Source of the DNA: Candidatus Latescibacterota bacterium
GTDB lineage: Bacteria; Latescibacterota; UBA2968; GCA-2709665
Length of the DNA stretch: 64,000 nucleotides
Assembly: GCA_965237675.1 (NCBI GenBank)
Contig: OZ250150.1
Span: 5,440,001-5,504,000, forward strand
Direction: 5' to 3'
Part shown: in pieces, positions 11,713 to 22,085 of the stretch
How the letters are laid out: each line of letters opens with the position of its first letter
Position numbering within the stretch: the first letter of the stretch is position 1
Made by a program: the position numbers and the translations under genes
The notes under the pieces: generated by a model
Databases searched by the model: none
What the model saw: only the letters and a program-made list of their open reading frames with translations
What the model was told of the DNA's origin: nothing

Positions 11713-12171
11713 ATGATCGAAAAAATCAATTTATCGGACATCGAAGAGATATCGCGCCATTCACCCAAACGAAAATTCCAGGTGTCGCGGAAGGATGTCT
11801 CCGGCGCATTGAAGACTGAGGGGCAGCCGTTCGAGGTCGATTGGGTGCGGTTGCAGCCGGGCATGACCAACTTCCCCTACCACGCGCACCAGGTCCAGTG
11901 GGAGTTCTACATCGTGGTCAGCGGACGGGGCATCGTGCGGCGCAACGACCGCACGTTCGAGGTGGGCGCAGGCGACGTGTTCGTTCAACCGCCCGGCACG
12001 GCGCACCATATCCGCAATCCCAGCGCGGATGAGGAACTGATCTACTACGTGATTGCCGACAATCCCGTATGCGACCCGTGCTATTATCCCGATTCCGACA
12101 AGTGGGCGATCCGACCGCCGGGGAAACTGGGCCGCATCACAGACGCGGAATACTACGACGGGGAAGAGTAA
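11713..12171 (+). CDS. Cupin domain protein
   Basis: PYHAH..WEFY.VVSGRG and PPGTAH cupin motifs. Confidence 0.85.
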   Translation: MIEKINLSDIEEISRHSPKRKFQVSRKDVSGALKTEGQPFEVDWVRLQPGMTNFPYHAHQVQWEFYIVVSGRGIVRRNDRTFEVGAGDVFVQPPGTAHHIRNPSADEELIYYVIADNPVCDPCYYPDSDKWAIRPPGKLGRITDAEYYDGEE

Positions 12172-12358
12172 ACCGTCGAGAGAAACACCCGGCGAAAAGC
12201 CGGTCCCGTATCGCGCGGGCGTTTCAGGTCCTTCACGAGGTCGAGGCGGCATCGCCCCTGATTTTTCGAAGAGCCCGCATCCGGGCGATCTTGACAAAAC
12301 CGTCCGTCTGACGTATATTATTTAGAAAATGATACGTCACATCAGCCGAGAGATCGTC

Positions 12359-12589
12359 ATGCAGACCAAACTCACGCTGCGGATGGACGAGGAACTCATC
12401 CGCATCGCCAAGGATTTCGCGAGGTCCAGCGGAAAGTCCCTGTCACGGATTGTGGCCGACTATTTCGCACTCCTGGGAAGGGAGAATCAGGATGCCGAGA
12501 TGTCACACGTGGTTCGGTCTTTGAAGGGCTCGTTGCGGGGTGCTGACACAGAAACTGATCAGCGGTATCTCGAAGACAAGTACTTGTGA
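12359..12589 (+). CDS. DUF6364-like antitoxin
   Basis: MQTKLTL..AK.FA..GKSLS.IVADYF..YLEDKYL; overlaps the PIN gene start. Confidence 0.8.
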   Translation: MQTKLTLRMDEELIRIAKDFARSSGKSLSRIVADYFALLGRENQDAEMSHVVRSLKGSLRGADTETDQRYLEDKYL

Positions 12590-13023
12590 AGATCCTCTTC
12601 GATACCAACGTGGTACTGGATCTTCTTCTGGATCGTAAGCCGTTCTCAGCCATCGCCGCGCGCCTTTTTTCCAGTGTCGACGCGGGCGATCTGTCGGGCT
12701 CCATCTGTGCGACAACGGTGACGACCGTCCACTGCCTCGCACGCAGGACGGTTGGAGATCGGCGTGCGCGCCGCGAAATCGGAAATATGTTAGACCTGTT
12801 TGACGTCGCGCCGGTAAGCCTGGCCGTGCTGGAGGGAGCTCTCGAATCGAAATTCAGGGACTTCGAGGATGCAGTAATGTATCATGCAGCCCTGAACGTG
12901 AATGCGGACGGAATCGTAACCAGAAACACCGGCGATTTCAAACGCGCAACGATCCCCGTATACGCGCCTGAAGAACTGGAACGTCTGGTTCAGGTGACGG
13001 GGGCGAGTATTTTCTATGGTTGA
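12586..13023 (+). CDS. PIN-domain (VapC-like) toxin
   Basis: ILFDTNVVLDLL..DFEDA..IVTRN.GDF. Confidence 0.9.
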   Translation: MKILFDTNVVLDLLLDRKPFSAIAARLFSSVDAGDLSGSICATTVTTVHCLARRTVGDRRARREIGNMLDLFDVAPVSLAVLEGALESKFRDFEDAVMYHAALNVNADGIVTRNTGDFKRATIPVYAPEELERLVQVTGASIFYG

Positions 13024-13215
13024 CATAGCAGTTGCATTTAATCAGCGGCAACTTCGTCTTGGAAGTCGTGATCTAGCTTGAGGTAATTGCGTCGGGCAAA
13101 GCGGACAGCGCTTGGAATCCGGTGAAACTCCTTACTGAGCAATCTGTCCTTATTATTACTCTGACGGAAAACGGATTGTGTCAGAGATCTTATACGGTTA
13201 TACTTCGATTGTCAT

Positions 13216-13578
13216 ATGCTCTGCGATTGGTTGCTTTATCTTTCAGCAGGAGAGTCGGGTGTGGGAGACCTCTTGGAAAAGGAAATTGTATCTCGTTTGC
13301 ATATGTACGATGAAGAGGAGTTAATCGACTTAGTTGAAGAGTACACTTTAACCGCGCTTGGTGATATACCCAAAACTGGTGATTATATCATTAGTCCTTG
13401 GGTTTTGCCTAGTCTTGATCGAAAAGACCCTAAGAACCGAACGATATATGAGGTAGTTTCACGTTACTTTCTGCCCAAGAATGGAAAAGAAGAAGAAGAT
13501 TGGGTATATATTGCTCTTGTCGTAAAAGAAAGAACAATGAACAAGGCCGAGTCTACGCTACTTGTAGCTTCTCCATAA
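13216..13578 (+). CDS. Hypothetical protein in low-GC islet
   Basis: Open 120-codon frame in an AT-rich segment; start uncertain. Confidence 0.5.
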   Translation: MLCDWLLYLSAGESGVGDLLEKEIVSRLHMYDEEELIDLVEEYTLTALGDIPKTGDYIISPWVLPSLDRKDPKNRTIYEVVSRYFLPKNGKEEEDWVYIALVVKERTMNKAESTLLVASP

Positions 13579-13596
13579 TTCGCAAAGGATGAGTTT

Positions 13597-14073
13597 ATGG
13601 GTATTGCCGTTATGGGAGTGCCGGTTGCGCGAAAGATGGGAACTTATATTTTTCATTCAGCTGAACAAAGTAAGGCACTGATACAACAACACGAAGAACA
13701 AACGGCAGAAGAAGAAGCTTTTCGTAACTTGGAGGAGACTAATGCTGTCGTATTGGCAACTACAGCTGAATGGTATGAATTCCTGGAGTTGCTCGAGCAA
13801 GAGCCTGAAAATTATGTTAAAATGTGCCCAAATGGAGATGTAGAACGCACGATTAGAGGTTTGGAGCAATTTGGACGAACCGTACGAAAACCCAATTGGA
13901 TTAGTCTAGGTGAAGACGCTAAACGGAATTATCCTGAATTACATGAAAAATTCAAAATAGTGGATGATAATCTTATAGCTTTTGAAGCACTCTTACGTGA
14001 GGTAAGTTGGAGTTTATCAATATTGCATAAGGCAGATAATCTTGATGAAACACAATTTATACTGGTAGAGTAG
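13597..14073 (+). CDS. Hypothetical acidic protein, possible antitoxin
   Basis: 158 aa, AAGGA upstream, precedes a RelE-like frame. Confidence 0.55.
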   Translation: MGIAVMGVPVARKMGTYIFHSAEQSKALIQQHEEQTAEEEAFRNLEETNAVVLATTAEWYEFLELLEQEPENYVKMCPNGDVERTIRGLEQFGRTVRKPNWISLGEDAKRNYPELHEKFKIVDDNLIAFEALLREVSWSLSILHKADNLDETQFILVE

Positions 14074-14095
14074 TTTCTAAGGGGAGGAAGTGACG

Positions 14096-14442
14096 GTGGG
14101 TAGCAGTGAAACTGCATTTCTACCAGTCGTAAAAAAGATATATTTCTTTGACTCTAATGTAAAAAAGATGTAGAGAAATTCACTAAACCTACGCGAACTC
14201 GATATGTCGAATTCTTAGCTGATTTACGTCTTGGAAAGATCCCCCTGACAGGAAAAAATATCGCGCGACAAGGCGGCGTCTTAAAATACCGATTAAACGA
14301 TAGTATTCGAATTGCATTTATTGTTCAAGGTGATAAAGAGAAGAGGGTGGTTATTTTAGGTATTGGTGACCATCCTAAAATGGAAAGAATCATGCCTAGA
14401 TTGGAAGACATGATGAAGCAATACGGGAGAGAGCGGCTGTAG
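14096..14442 (+). pseudogene. RelE/ParE-like toxin split across two frames at an A_AAA_AAG site
   Basis: GGGGAGG then GTG; frame 0 stops at 14173; the -1 frame gives DVEKF..LKYRLNDSIRIAFIV..VVILGIGDH. Confidence 0.6.
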
Positions 14443-14471
14443 GACGACGGCCACACAAAGACATGCATCGA

Positions 14472-14503
14472 AAAGCCCCGGAGAATCGCTTCTCCGGGGC
14501 TTT
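14472..14503. terminator. Bidirectional intrinsic terminator
   Basis: AAAGCCCCGGAGAA-tcgc-TTCTCCGGGGCTTT between convergent genes. Confidence 0.85.
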
Positions 14504-14526
14504 GTTTTGTCGTAAACGCGGACGGC

Positions 14527-15513
14527 TCATGGAATTGACGCAACCAGGTATTCCGCGGCGGACTCGTCGCGACGGACGACCGCGAAGTCGCGCCCCGCTG
14601 GAATCAGAAAGGTGTCGCCCTTCCTGGCGCGGAAAGATTCGTTGGCGCCGAGGACATCGGCGTCCCCTTCGATAAATGTGACCGCTGCGACGGAAGCGCA
14701 GGGCAAATGTTCGGTCCTGCGCTCGGAGGGACTGAAACGCTCCAGGCGGAAGTGTTCGGATTCAACCAGCAGGGTCTGCCCAGGGCGTGAGCCGAACAGC
14801 GCGGACGAGGCGACGGGCTTCGGGTGGGGTCCTTCGAAGGCAATGACGTCCAGGGCGCTTTCGATATGCAATTCTCTGGGTTTCCCGTCGGCCCCCGGCC
14901 GGTTGTAGTCGTAAATGCGGAAGGTGATATCGCTGGATTGCTGGACCTCGTACACGATGACGCCGGCGCAGAGGGCGTGGACCGTCCCGGGAGGGATGAA
15001 GACGACGTCGCCCGGTCGGGCGTCGAAAAACTCGACGGCATCCGAGACGCGGTTGTCGTTGATGGCGTCCACGAACGCGGATTTGTCAACGCCCGGTTTC
15101 AGACCGCAGGCGATGCGCCCGCTATCGGATTGGAGCACGTACCAGGCCTCCATTTTTCCGAATTTTCCAAGATGCTTCATCCGGGCGTATCCATCGTCGG
15201 GGTGGACCTGAATGGAAAGATCCTGGTGCGCGTCGAGCAGCTTGACAAGCAGCGGGAATTCGCCGTTGTAACGGTCGAATGCCGACGCGCCAAGCAACTC
15301 GCGGCCGTGCGTTTCCACCAGACCGCGAAGCGACCGGCCTGACAATGGACCTGCCGCAACGACGCTTTCCATGCCCGGGTACGCGGAAACCTCCCAGGAT
15401 TCGCCGAAATTCCGGCCGCGCGGCAGGGACTTATCGTACTGGTCCCGCAGCCTGCGGCCGCCCCAGATCATTTCTCTGAAATAGGGTTTGAGAGGAAGCA
15501 CACTCGGGAGCAT
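14527..15513 (-). CDS. manA: Class I mannose-6-phosphate isomerase
   Basis: IWGG, GESWEVS, FPLLVKLLDA..LSIQVHPDD, EVQQSSDITFRIYDY. Confidence 0.92.
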   Translation of the reverse strand: MLPSVLPLKPYFREMIWGGRRLRDQYDKSLPRGRNFGESWEVSAYPGMESVVAAGPLSGRSLRGLVETHGRELLGASAFDRYNGEFPLLVKLLDAHQDLSIQVHPDDGYARMKHLGKFGKMEAWYVLQSDSGRIACGLKPGVDKSAFVDAINDNRVSDAVEFFDARPGDVVFIPPGTVHALCAGVIVYEVQQSSDITFRIYDYNRPGADGKPRELHIESALDVIAFEGPHPKPVASSALFGSRPGQTLLVESEHFRLERFSPSERRTEHLPCASVAAVTFIEGDADVLGANESFRARKGDTFLIPAGRDFAVVRRDESAAEYLVASIP

Positions 15514-15852
15514 GTCAGATCCCGTATTGCATGGTTTTGAAAAACCGACAATGAACGCTTCGTTCAAGATATCGCGTACGTATCGAGATGTCAATGTCGT
15601 TCCCGTGAACTGGCGCGCGCCAAACCGCTACCTCCGGACACCGTTTCATAGACGCCATATCAACGGCGCCGGTGTGACCGTCGGACCCGGGGATGTTTTC
15701 CCAGCGGATATTCATTCCGCTTGCGGCGCTTCGGCTCAGGCATTAGGTTATGGGCCCCGCCGGTGGATTTGCCTGGCGCGGGAAGTTGCGGCCATTCAAG
15801 ACGATGACATGTGTGCCGGGATCGGACATCGGATAGGCGTGAAAGGGTCGGC

Positions 15853-15996
15853 ATGTCGAACGATAGAATCATGGAACCCGAACGGCGCATCGGCGAATTG
15901 ACGGCGGAACTCCACGACCTCCAAAAGGCCAGCCCGGGAACGCCCGTCCCCGATTACACGTTTGAAACGATCGCCGGACAGAACGTGCTCGGCTGA
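15853..15996 (+). pseudogene. Truncated DUF899-like fragment
   Basis: RIGELTAELHDLQKASPGTPVPDYTFET, then an early stop. Confidence 0.45.
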
Positions 15997-16053
15997 AGCC
16001 GGGGAAACGCGCGCGTCGAACGTTTGCAGCAGGCATGGTGAAATGAGGCCCTG

Positions 16054-17484
16054 GTGAATCTGATCGTCCTTTGCAGCGACACCTTTCGAGTGGATCATCT
16101 GAGTTGTTATCGGGATGATTCGCCGGTCAAAACGCCCAATATCGACCGCCTGGCGGCAGAGGGCGTGCGGTTCAATTCGGCGTTCGGGGAGGGCACGCCC
16201 ACGCTGCCCGCGCGCCGGGTGCTCTATACCGGCCGGCCGATTTTCCCCTTTCTGTGGGCGCCGCAGAAGGGGGACCGCGTGCAGCTTCCCGGATGGCATC
16301 CGCTGTTCTACGAGGACGTGACGCTGGCGGAGTGGCTGGTCGAACGCGGGTATACCACAGGGTTGATCAGCGATTTGCCGCACCAGTTCAAGCCCGGAAA
16401 GAACTTCCACCGGGGGTTCGTGCAGTTCAACTGGGAACGCGGCCAGGAAATGGACTACCTGGTGGCGGGGCCGCGAAGCGCCGTGCCCGTTGAAAGGTTC
16501 GATCCCACCGGACGGGCCACCCCGGTGCTGACGCAGTTTCTGATGAACAGCCGGGATTGGAAAGACGAGACCGATTGGTGCAGCGTGCGGGTGCTTCGGA
16601 AGGGCATCGATTTCTTAAGAGAGAATGCCGGCCAGCAGCCGTTCATGCTCTGGCTGGAGTGTTTCTTTCCGCACGAACCGTGGTTTGCGCCGCCGGAACT
16701 GGTGGAACAGCATTACGAGGGGGACGACCACGACGGCGTGGAGTGGATATTTCCTCCGGCCAACACCGACGGGATGAGCGAGAACCAGGTGCATCGGGTG
16801 CGGGCGCACTACCGTGGCCTGTGCGCGTTGATTGACCGGTGGTTCGGCCGGCTGATGGAGACCGCGGAGGAACTCGGTCTGTTGGAGAACTCTATCGTGG
16901 TTTTCCTCTCCGATCACGGCACGATGATGGGAGAACAGGGACAACTCCATAAGGGTCCCGACCGGCTCCGCTGGCAATGCACCCAGGTGCCCCTGATCCT
17001 GCGGCATCCGAACGTGGACGCCTTTGGCGGCAACGTTGTCGATGCCTTTGTGCAACACCAGGATCTCATGCCGACACTCCTGGGGCTGATGGAAACCGAT
17101 GCGCCGGATCGCTGCCTCGGAGAGGATCTCTGGCCGTACGTCAGGGGGGATAAGGACGGCGGGCGGGACCACGTGATTACCGCATTCGGGAATTATGCCA
17201 GCGTACGCGGCCGGAACTGGAATTTTCAGACGCCCTGGGTGAAAAACGACCCCAAGGCGGCGGACGGGAATCCGCCGGCGCTGTCACCGCCGGAGCTGTA
17301 CGATCTGACGTCGGATCCCGATGAACTGTACAATGTGGTGGACGCCCATCCAGACGTCGCGTTGGAATACTACGATCTGCTGATGGCGTATGTTGAGAAG
17401 AACAGACCGGTGACAGAAGGTTCACTGGAAGTGGGCAACACGGCGTTGTCCCACGTGCCGCTATTCGATCAGTCACGGTTGTAG
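16054..17484 (+). CDS. Sulfatase-like hydrolase (Thr at the nucleophile position)
   Basis: DTFR.DHL, TPNIDRLA.EG, TLPARRVLYTG, SDHG, ELYDL..DP.E. Confidence 0.88.
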   Translation: MNLIVLCSDTFRVDHLSCYRDDSPVKTPNIDRLAAEGVRFNSAFGEGTPTLPARRVLYTGRPIFPFLWAPQKGDRVQLPGWHPLFYEDVTLAEWLVERGYTTGLISDLPHQFKPGKNFHRGFVQFNWERGQEMDYLVAGPRSAVPVERFDPTGRATPVLTQFLMNSRDWKDETDWCSVRVLRKGIDFLRENAGQQPFMLWLECFFPHEPWFAPPELVEQHYEGDDHDGVEWIFPPANTDGMSENQVHRVRAHYRGLCALIDRWFGRLMETAEELGLLENSIVVFLSDHGTMMGEQGQLHKGPDRLRWQCTQVPLILRHPNVDAFGGNVVDAFVQHQDLMPTLLGLMETDAPDRCLGEDLWPYVRGDKDGGRDHVITAFGNYASVRGRNWNFQTPWVKNDPKAADGNPPALSPPELYDLTSDPDELYNVVDAHPDVALEYYDLLMAYVEKNRPVTEGSLEVGNTALSHVPLFDQSRL

Positions 17485-17562
17485 TCGAAATGCCGGGTCG
17501 CGGGTAACTCCAAAAAGAAGCCCGGTTACCCGCCACTCAATAAACACTCCAAGGGGGTTGAG

Positions 17563-18657
17563 ATGGCCGATAAACTGGGGGTTCTGGTTCATGGCGCGGG
17601 CTGGGTTTCCACGCAGCACATCATGGCCTATACCAAGAATCCACATACGGAGGTCGTGGCGGTATCCAGCCGTAAACTGTCAAGCGCGCGGACGCGGGCT
17701 GAGGAGGCCGGCCTGGAAGACATCGGGCTGTACGATAACTATGAGCAGGCGCTGTCGCACGACGGTGTGGACATCGTGTGCGTATGTACTCCGCAGCGCT
17801 TTCACGCCGGGAATACCATCGCCGCCGCGGAGGCGGGGAAACACATCGTCATCGAGAAGCCCATTGCCAACAGTCCGGACGAGATGAGGGCGATGCGCGA
17901 GGCCGTGCGCAAGGCGAACGTCCGGACGGTGGTGAGTTTCGTACTGCGCTGGAATCCGCTGTTCGAGACGGTCAAGGCGATGGTTGCGGACGATGCCCTG
18001 GGAGACGTCTATTACGTGGAAACGGACTACCAGCACGATATCGCAAGCTGGTGGACGGGCTGGGACGAGGCCCGGAAAACAAACACCGGGGTGAGTGCCT
18101 TTCTGACAGGGGGTTGCCATGCGATCGACTCGCTGCGCTGGTTCGCCGCCCGGGGCGAGTTCGAGGCGGCCGAGCCCGTGGAGGTCTTCGCCTATTCCGG
18201 AGGCTATCGGAAGGGACTCAAGAAAGAGTTCGACTATCTGGCCAACAAATGGGTGGACGGGTTGCCCCTGGAATACGAAGACCTGGAAGTGGCCCTGGTG
18301 AAGTTCTCCAACGGCGCCGTCGGAAAAGTCTCCGTGAATTACGGATGCATTATGCCATACGCGTTCCCCGTGGAAATCTTCGGTAACAAGGGGACGGTAA
18401 AGGACAACAAGGTCTGGTCACACAAGTATCCGGGGCAGAACGACTGGGTGGAAATCCCCGCCATTCTGCCGGATAGCGCGGATGTGTCCCACCACCCGTT
18501 CCAGGGACAGATGGATCATTTCGTGAAATGCATACAGTCAGATACGGAATCACACTGTAATCTGGACGACGCGATCGTGACGCACGAAATCGCATTTGCG
18601 GCGCTGCAATGTTACGAGACCGGACAGCCGGTGCAACTCCCGTTGTCGAATGGATGA
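17563..18657 (+). CDS. Gfo/Idh/MocA oxidoreductase
   Basis: GAGWVS..H, AGKHIVIEKP, GCHAID. Confidence 0.9.
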   Translation: MADKLGVLVHGAGWVSTQHIMAYTKNPHTEVVAVSSRKLSSARTRAEEAGLEDIGLYDNYEQALSHDGVDIVCVCTPQRFHAGNTIAAAEAGKHIVIEKPIANSPDEMRAMREAVRKANVRTVVSFVLRWNPLFETVKAMVADDALGDVYYVETDYQHDIASWWTGWDEARKTNTGVSAFLTGGCHAIDSLRWFAARGEFEAAEPVEVFAYSGGYRKGLKKEFDYLANKWVDGLPLEYEDLEVALVKFSNGAVGKVSVNYGCIMPYAFPVEIFGNKGTVKDNKVWSHKYPGQNDWVEIPAILPDSADVSHHPFQGQMDHFVKCIQSDTESHCNLDDAIVTHEIAFAALQCYETGQPVQLPLSNG

Positions 18658-18738
18658 GTCCTCGCAGGGCGATGGGATCAGGGGATTACCCTATCCCTCT
18701 CGCCCGTCCTTTGCAGAGACGGAAAGGGTTCCAGGACC

Positions 18739-20154
18739 GTGAAAAAACCCAATCTGCTGTTTTTCGGCGTGGACAGCCTGTGGGCGGCCCACATGAGTTG
18801 TTACGGGTACGAACGTTTGACAACGCCATACGTGGACAGGCTGGCCGCGCAGGGGGTGTTGTTCGAAAAGAATTACAGCCCGCACATTCCAACCACGTCG
18901 GCCTACGCGTCGATGCTGACGGGTCTGGATTGTTTTTCAACCCAGGTCGTGGCATTACGCCACCAGGGCGGGTTGAGACCGGAGGTAACGAGCCTGCCCG
19001 AAATTCTGGGCGATGCCGGCTACAGTACGACCTGCGTCGGGTTCACGGGCAACCCCAGTTCGCGCGGGTTCGACCAGTACCTGGGTTACGAGGCCTGGGG
19101 CTCGTGGGAGCAACGGCCCCTGCGAAAGGCCGAATGGCTGAACGACGTGACAATTCCGGAACTGGAGCGGCTGGCGGCGGCTGACGAACCGTTCTTCCTG
19201 TTTCTCCGGCATATGGATCCGCACGCGCCCTACCTCCCGCCTTCCCCGTACGATACGATGTTCTACAGCGGCGATCCCTGCGATCCGACCAGGACTTCGA
19301 TGGACCCGGTGCGGAATTTCAAGCCGTTTCGGGATTTCCATCTGAGCTGGATGCCGCCCGGCATCACGGACGCGGACTATGTGATTGCGCAGTACGACGG
19401 CGAAGTCGCGTATATGGATGCCTGCATCCAGCGCATCCTCACGCGCCTGGAGGAACTGGGTCTGGCCGAAGACACGCTCGTCGTATTCAACGGAGACCAC
19501 GGTGAGACGCTGGCGGATCACGATTGTTATTTCGATCATCACGGGATGTACGATTGCACCCTGCATGTGCCGCTCATACTGCGGCTCCAGGGCGTGCTGT
19601 CCGAAGGGCGGCGTGTGAAGGGATATTCAAACCACGCCGATCTTGTGCCGACCGTATTGGAGCTTCTGGGAATGGAATCGGAGATCGGGTTCGACGGAGA
19701 GAGCCTGTTGCCGCTGATTCGAGGAGAACGGGCATCGAACCGGTCCGAATTCTACATTACCGAGGCCACCTGGATGCGCAAGCACGGGTGGCGCACGCCG
19801 GAATGGAAGCTGATTGTGGCGCTGGAGCCGGATTTTCACGGAAAGCCGGAGGTCGAGCTGTACAACCTGGTGGAAGACCCCGGCGAGAACGTGAATCTTG
19901 CAGAAAAGGAACCCGGGGTGGTGCGGATGCTGCGAAACCGCATGGAGGCGTGGATTGCGAAACGAGAGGTGGAAACGGGCCTGACGAATCCGATGTACAC
20001 CAATTTACAGTGGCACGGCACCCGAAACGAAGGCCCCTTTCCCAGTTCCGAAGCGGCATATAACGCCCTCTACATCGGTTCGCCGAAAACGGCAAGGAAA
20101 CTGCAGGCGCGGGATGCCGAGGAGAACGAAGACAAAGAAGACGGCGAATCGTGA
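18739..20154 (+). CDS. Sulfatase-like hydrolase (atypical motif PTTSAYASMLTG)
   Basis: KPNLL..DSL, TTPYVDRLA, DPHAPY, GDHGE, ELYNL.EDPGE. Confidence 0.88.
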   Translation: MKKPNLLFFGVDSLWAAHMSCYGYERLTTPYVDRLAAQGVLFEKNYSPHIPTTSAYASMLTGLDCFSTQVVALRHQGGLRPEVTSLPEILGDAGYSTTCVGFTGNPSSRGFDQYLGYEAWGSWEQRPLRKAEWLNDVTIPELERLAAADEPFFLFLRHMDPHAPYLPPSPYDTMFYSGDPCDPTRTSMDPVRNFKPFRDFHLSWMPPGITDADYVIAQYDGEVAYMDACIQRILTRLEELGLAEDTLVVFNGDHGETLADHDCYFDHHGMYDCTLHVPLILRLQGVLSEGRRVKGYSNHADLVPTVLELLGMESEIGFDGESLLPLIRGERASNRSEFYITEATWMRKHGWRTPEWKLIVALEPDFHGKPEVELYNLVEDPGENVNLAEKEPGVVRMLRNRMEAWIAKREVETGLTNPMYTNLQWHGTRNEGPFPSSEAAYNALYIGSPKTARKLQARDAEENEDKEDGES

Positions 20155-20203
20155 CCCATTCACGGTTTTTACGCCGCCGCCTTCGTAAATGAGAGGCACG
20201 CCA

Positions 20204-21301
20204 ATGAGCCATGGAATTCCGCTGCTCGAGGTTTCAGGAGCGCCCTTGAATCGCGGGCAGGCGCACGGAGAGGTATTTCGGGAAGAGATCCGCGCGTTGC
20301 TTCCCGCCTATTTTGCGTATCTGGAGCATTTGAGCCGCAGCCATCGAGTACCGGTGTTGAGCAAGTCGCGGGTTCTTGAAATCACCGGGACCTACGCCAA
20401 ACCCGCGGAAGCATACGCCCCGGACCTGGTCGAAGAGGCACGGGGAATTGGCATCGGGGCGGGCGTACCGTACGAGGAGATTCTGGCGCTGAACGGGTTC
20501 CTGGACGTCTTCGACTGCCTTTCTCCCAACTTCGTGGAGGCGGGCTGTACGACGTTGATGGTTCCGGACAACGTAGACGGGGCGGGGGCCGCCATCGGGC
20601 AGAATTACGACCTGCCGGAGATTTTCTCGGCCTCCGCGGCGCTGCTGAAGATCACCGGCGACGGCCCGGACGCGCTGATGTACACAACGGCGGGCATGCT
20701 GGGCTGCGCGGGCCTGAACGGCGAAGGCATCGGCGTCGTCATCAACAACCTCGTCCCCGCCGACGCCGGCCCCGGCGTTCCCTACCCTTTCGTCATTCGG
20801 CGAATACTGGCCTCCGCAGGGATCGGAGACGCAATCGACGCGGTGGTCTCCTCCCGCCGTGCGTCGGGCATGAATTATGTTCTGTGCGACCGGCACGGGG
20901 AGATATACAACCTGGAAACCACGGCAGCGGACTACGAGGCCACCTGTCCGTTCGACGGACCGATGGCGCATTCGAACCACTATCTGGCAGACCGCCTGAA
21001 AACACTCGAGCGGCGGGCCTGGGATCAGCGAGGGCAGAGCCTCGCACGTTGGGGCCGGGCCACGCGGCTCCTGCGGGGATCAGCCGACCCCGATGCCGAG
21101 ACGATCAAGTCCGCGCTGAGAGACCACGTCAACAGCCCCGTCTCGATCTGCAGGCACAGCGTGGCCGGATGCGGGCAGACGATATGCGGCATTGTGCTGG
21201 AACCGTCGAATGGGCGGGTGTGGTTTTCCCGGGGGCCTTGCTGCGAGCACGCGTGGGTGGAGTACCGGCTGTTCGAGGCCGCGGGCCGGCAGGTTGCATA
21301 G
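20204..21301 (+). CDS. C45 family autoproteolytic acyltransferase/hydrolase
   Basis: RGQAHG, GCT cleavage motif, GQNYD, AHSNHY, SICRH. Confidence 0.85.
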   Translation: MSHGIPLLEVSGAPLNRGQAHGEVFREEIRALLPAYFAYLEHLSRSHRVPVLSKSRVLEITGTYAKPAEAYAPDLVEEARGIGIGAGVPYEEILALNGFLDVFDCLSPNFVEAGCTTLMVPDNVDGAGAAIGQNYDLPEIFSASAALLKITGDGPDALMYTTAGMLGCAGLNGEGIGVVINNLVPADAGPGVPYPFVIRRILASAGIGDAIDAVVSSRRASGMNYVLCDRHGEIYNLETTAADYEATCPFDGPMAHSNHYLADRLKTLERRAWDQRGQSLARWGRATRLLRGSADPDAETIKSALRDHVNSPVSICRHSVAGCGQTICGIVLEPSNGRVWFSRGPCCEHAWVEYRLFEAAGRQVA

Positions 21302-21345
21302 GCAGCGCCTCTCGCATTCACGGCGTACTTCAAGGGGCATCTGAC

Positions 21346-22047
21346 ATGGCAGTGAAAATCGAACGATGGTTCAGGGCGCCATACGCGATGCCGAACGGCG
21401 TGCAGGTTACCGGCGGCGGCATCTGGGTGGCGGACCAGGTTACGGATCGCGCGGCGCTGCTGGAAGTATCGGACGCCGATGAATACGGGATATTGCGGCT
21501 GCGTTCCGAGGTGCCCACCGAGTCGTCCAACACCAGCGGGCTGGCCTGGGGCGACGGATCGCTCTGGCTGGCGGCCAACGGTCCTGCGGAGAAGTGGCGT
21601 GCGGCTCGTGACAACGACGCGACGACGGGTGCGATCCTGCGGGTGGATCCCGATACCGGAAAAACCCAGGGGCGATGGCCGTTGCCTGGGGGCGGCGGAA
21701 CGCACGGGCTGGAATACGATTCGTATGAACCCGGAACGTTGTGGCTGACCACGTTGAAAGACCAGACGCTGACGCAGGTGCGGATTTCCGATTGGTCCAT
21801 TCAACGCGTGATTCACCTTCCGTACGGAAGAGCGCACGGCGTTGTGCGCGTGGAAGACGGCGTGTGGGTTGTACACACGTCGGAGCGGACGATCGTGAAA
21901 CTGGATCTGCATGCGGGAAACGAACTGGGTCGGATCGAGGTCCCTCACCCGGACCCGGAGCCGCACGGGCTTTCCGCCTTCCACACGGGATTTCTCTATT
22001 GCGACGCGACATCGGGATGGGTAACAAGAATCGACATGGATGCATAA
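21346..22047 (+). CDS. Hypothetical beta-propeller protein
   Basis: Repeated SGL/HGL/HGV..LW blades; true start ATG 21346 within the longer ORF. Confidence 0.7.
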   Translation: MAVKIERWFRAPYAMPNGVQVTGGGIWVADQVTDRAALLEVSDADEYGILRLRSEVPTESSNTSGLAWGDGSLWLAANGPAEKWRAARDNDATTGAILRVDPDTGKTQGRWPLPGGGGTHGLEYDSYEPGTLWLTTLKDQTLTQVRISDWSIQRVIHLPYGRAHGVVRVEDGVWVVHTSERTIVKLDLHAGNELGRIEVPHPDPEPHGLSAFHTGFLYCDATSGWVTRIDMDA

Positions 22048-22085
22048 CGGTTGTTTCATACGACGCGCGAGCGATACGGCCAGGC

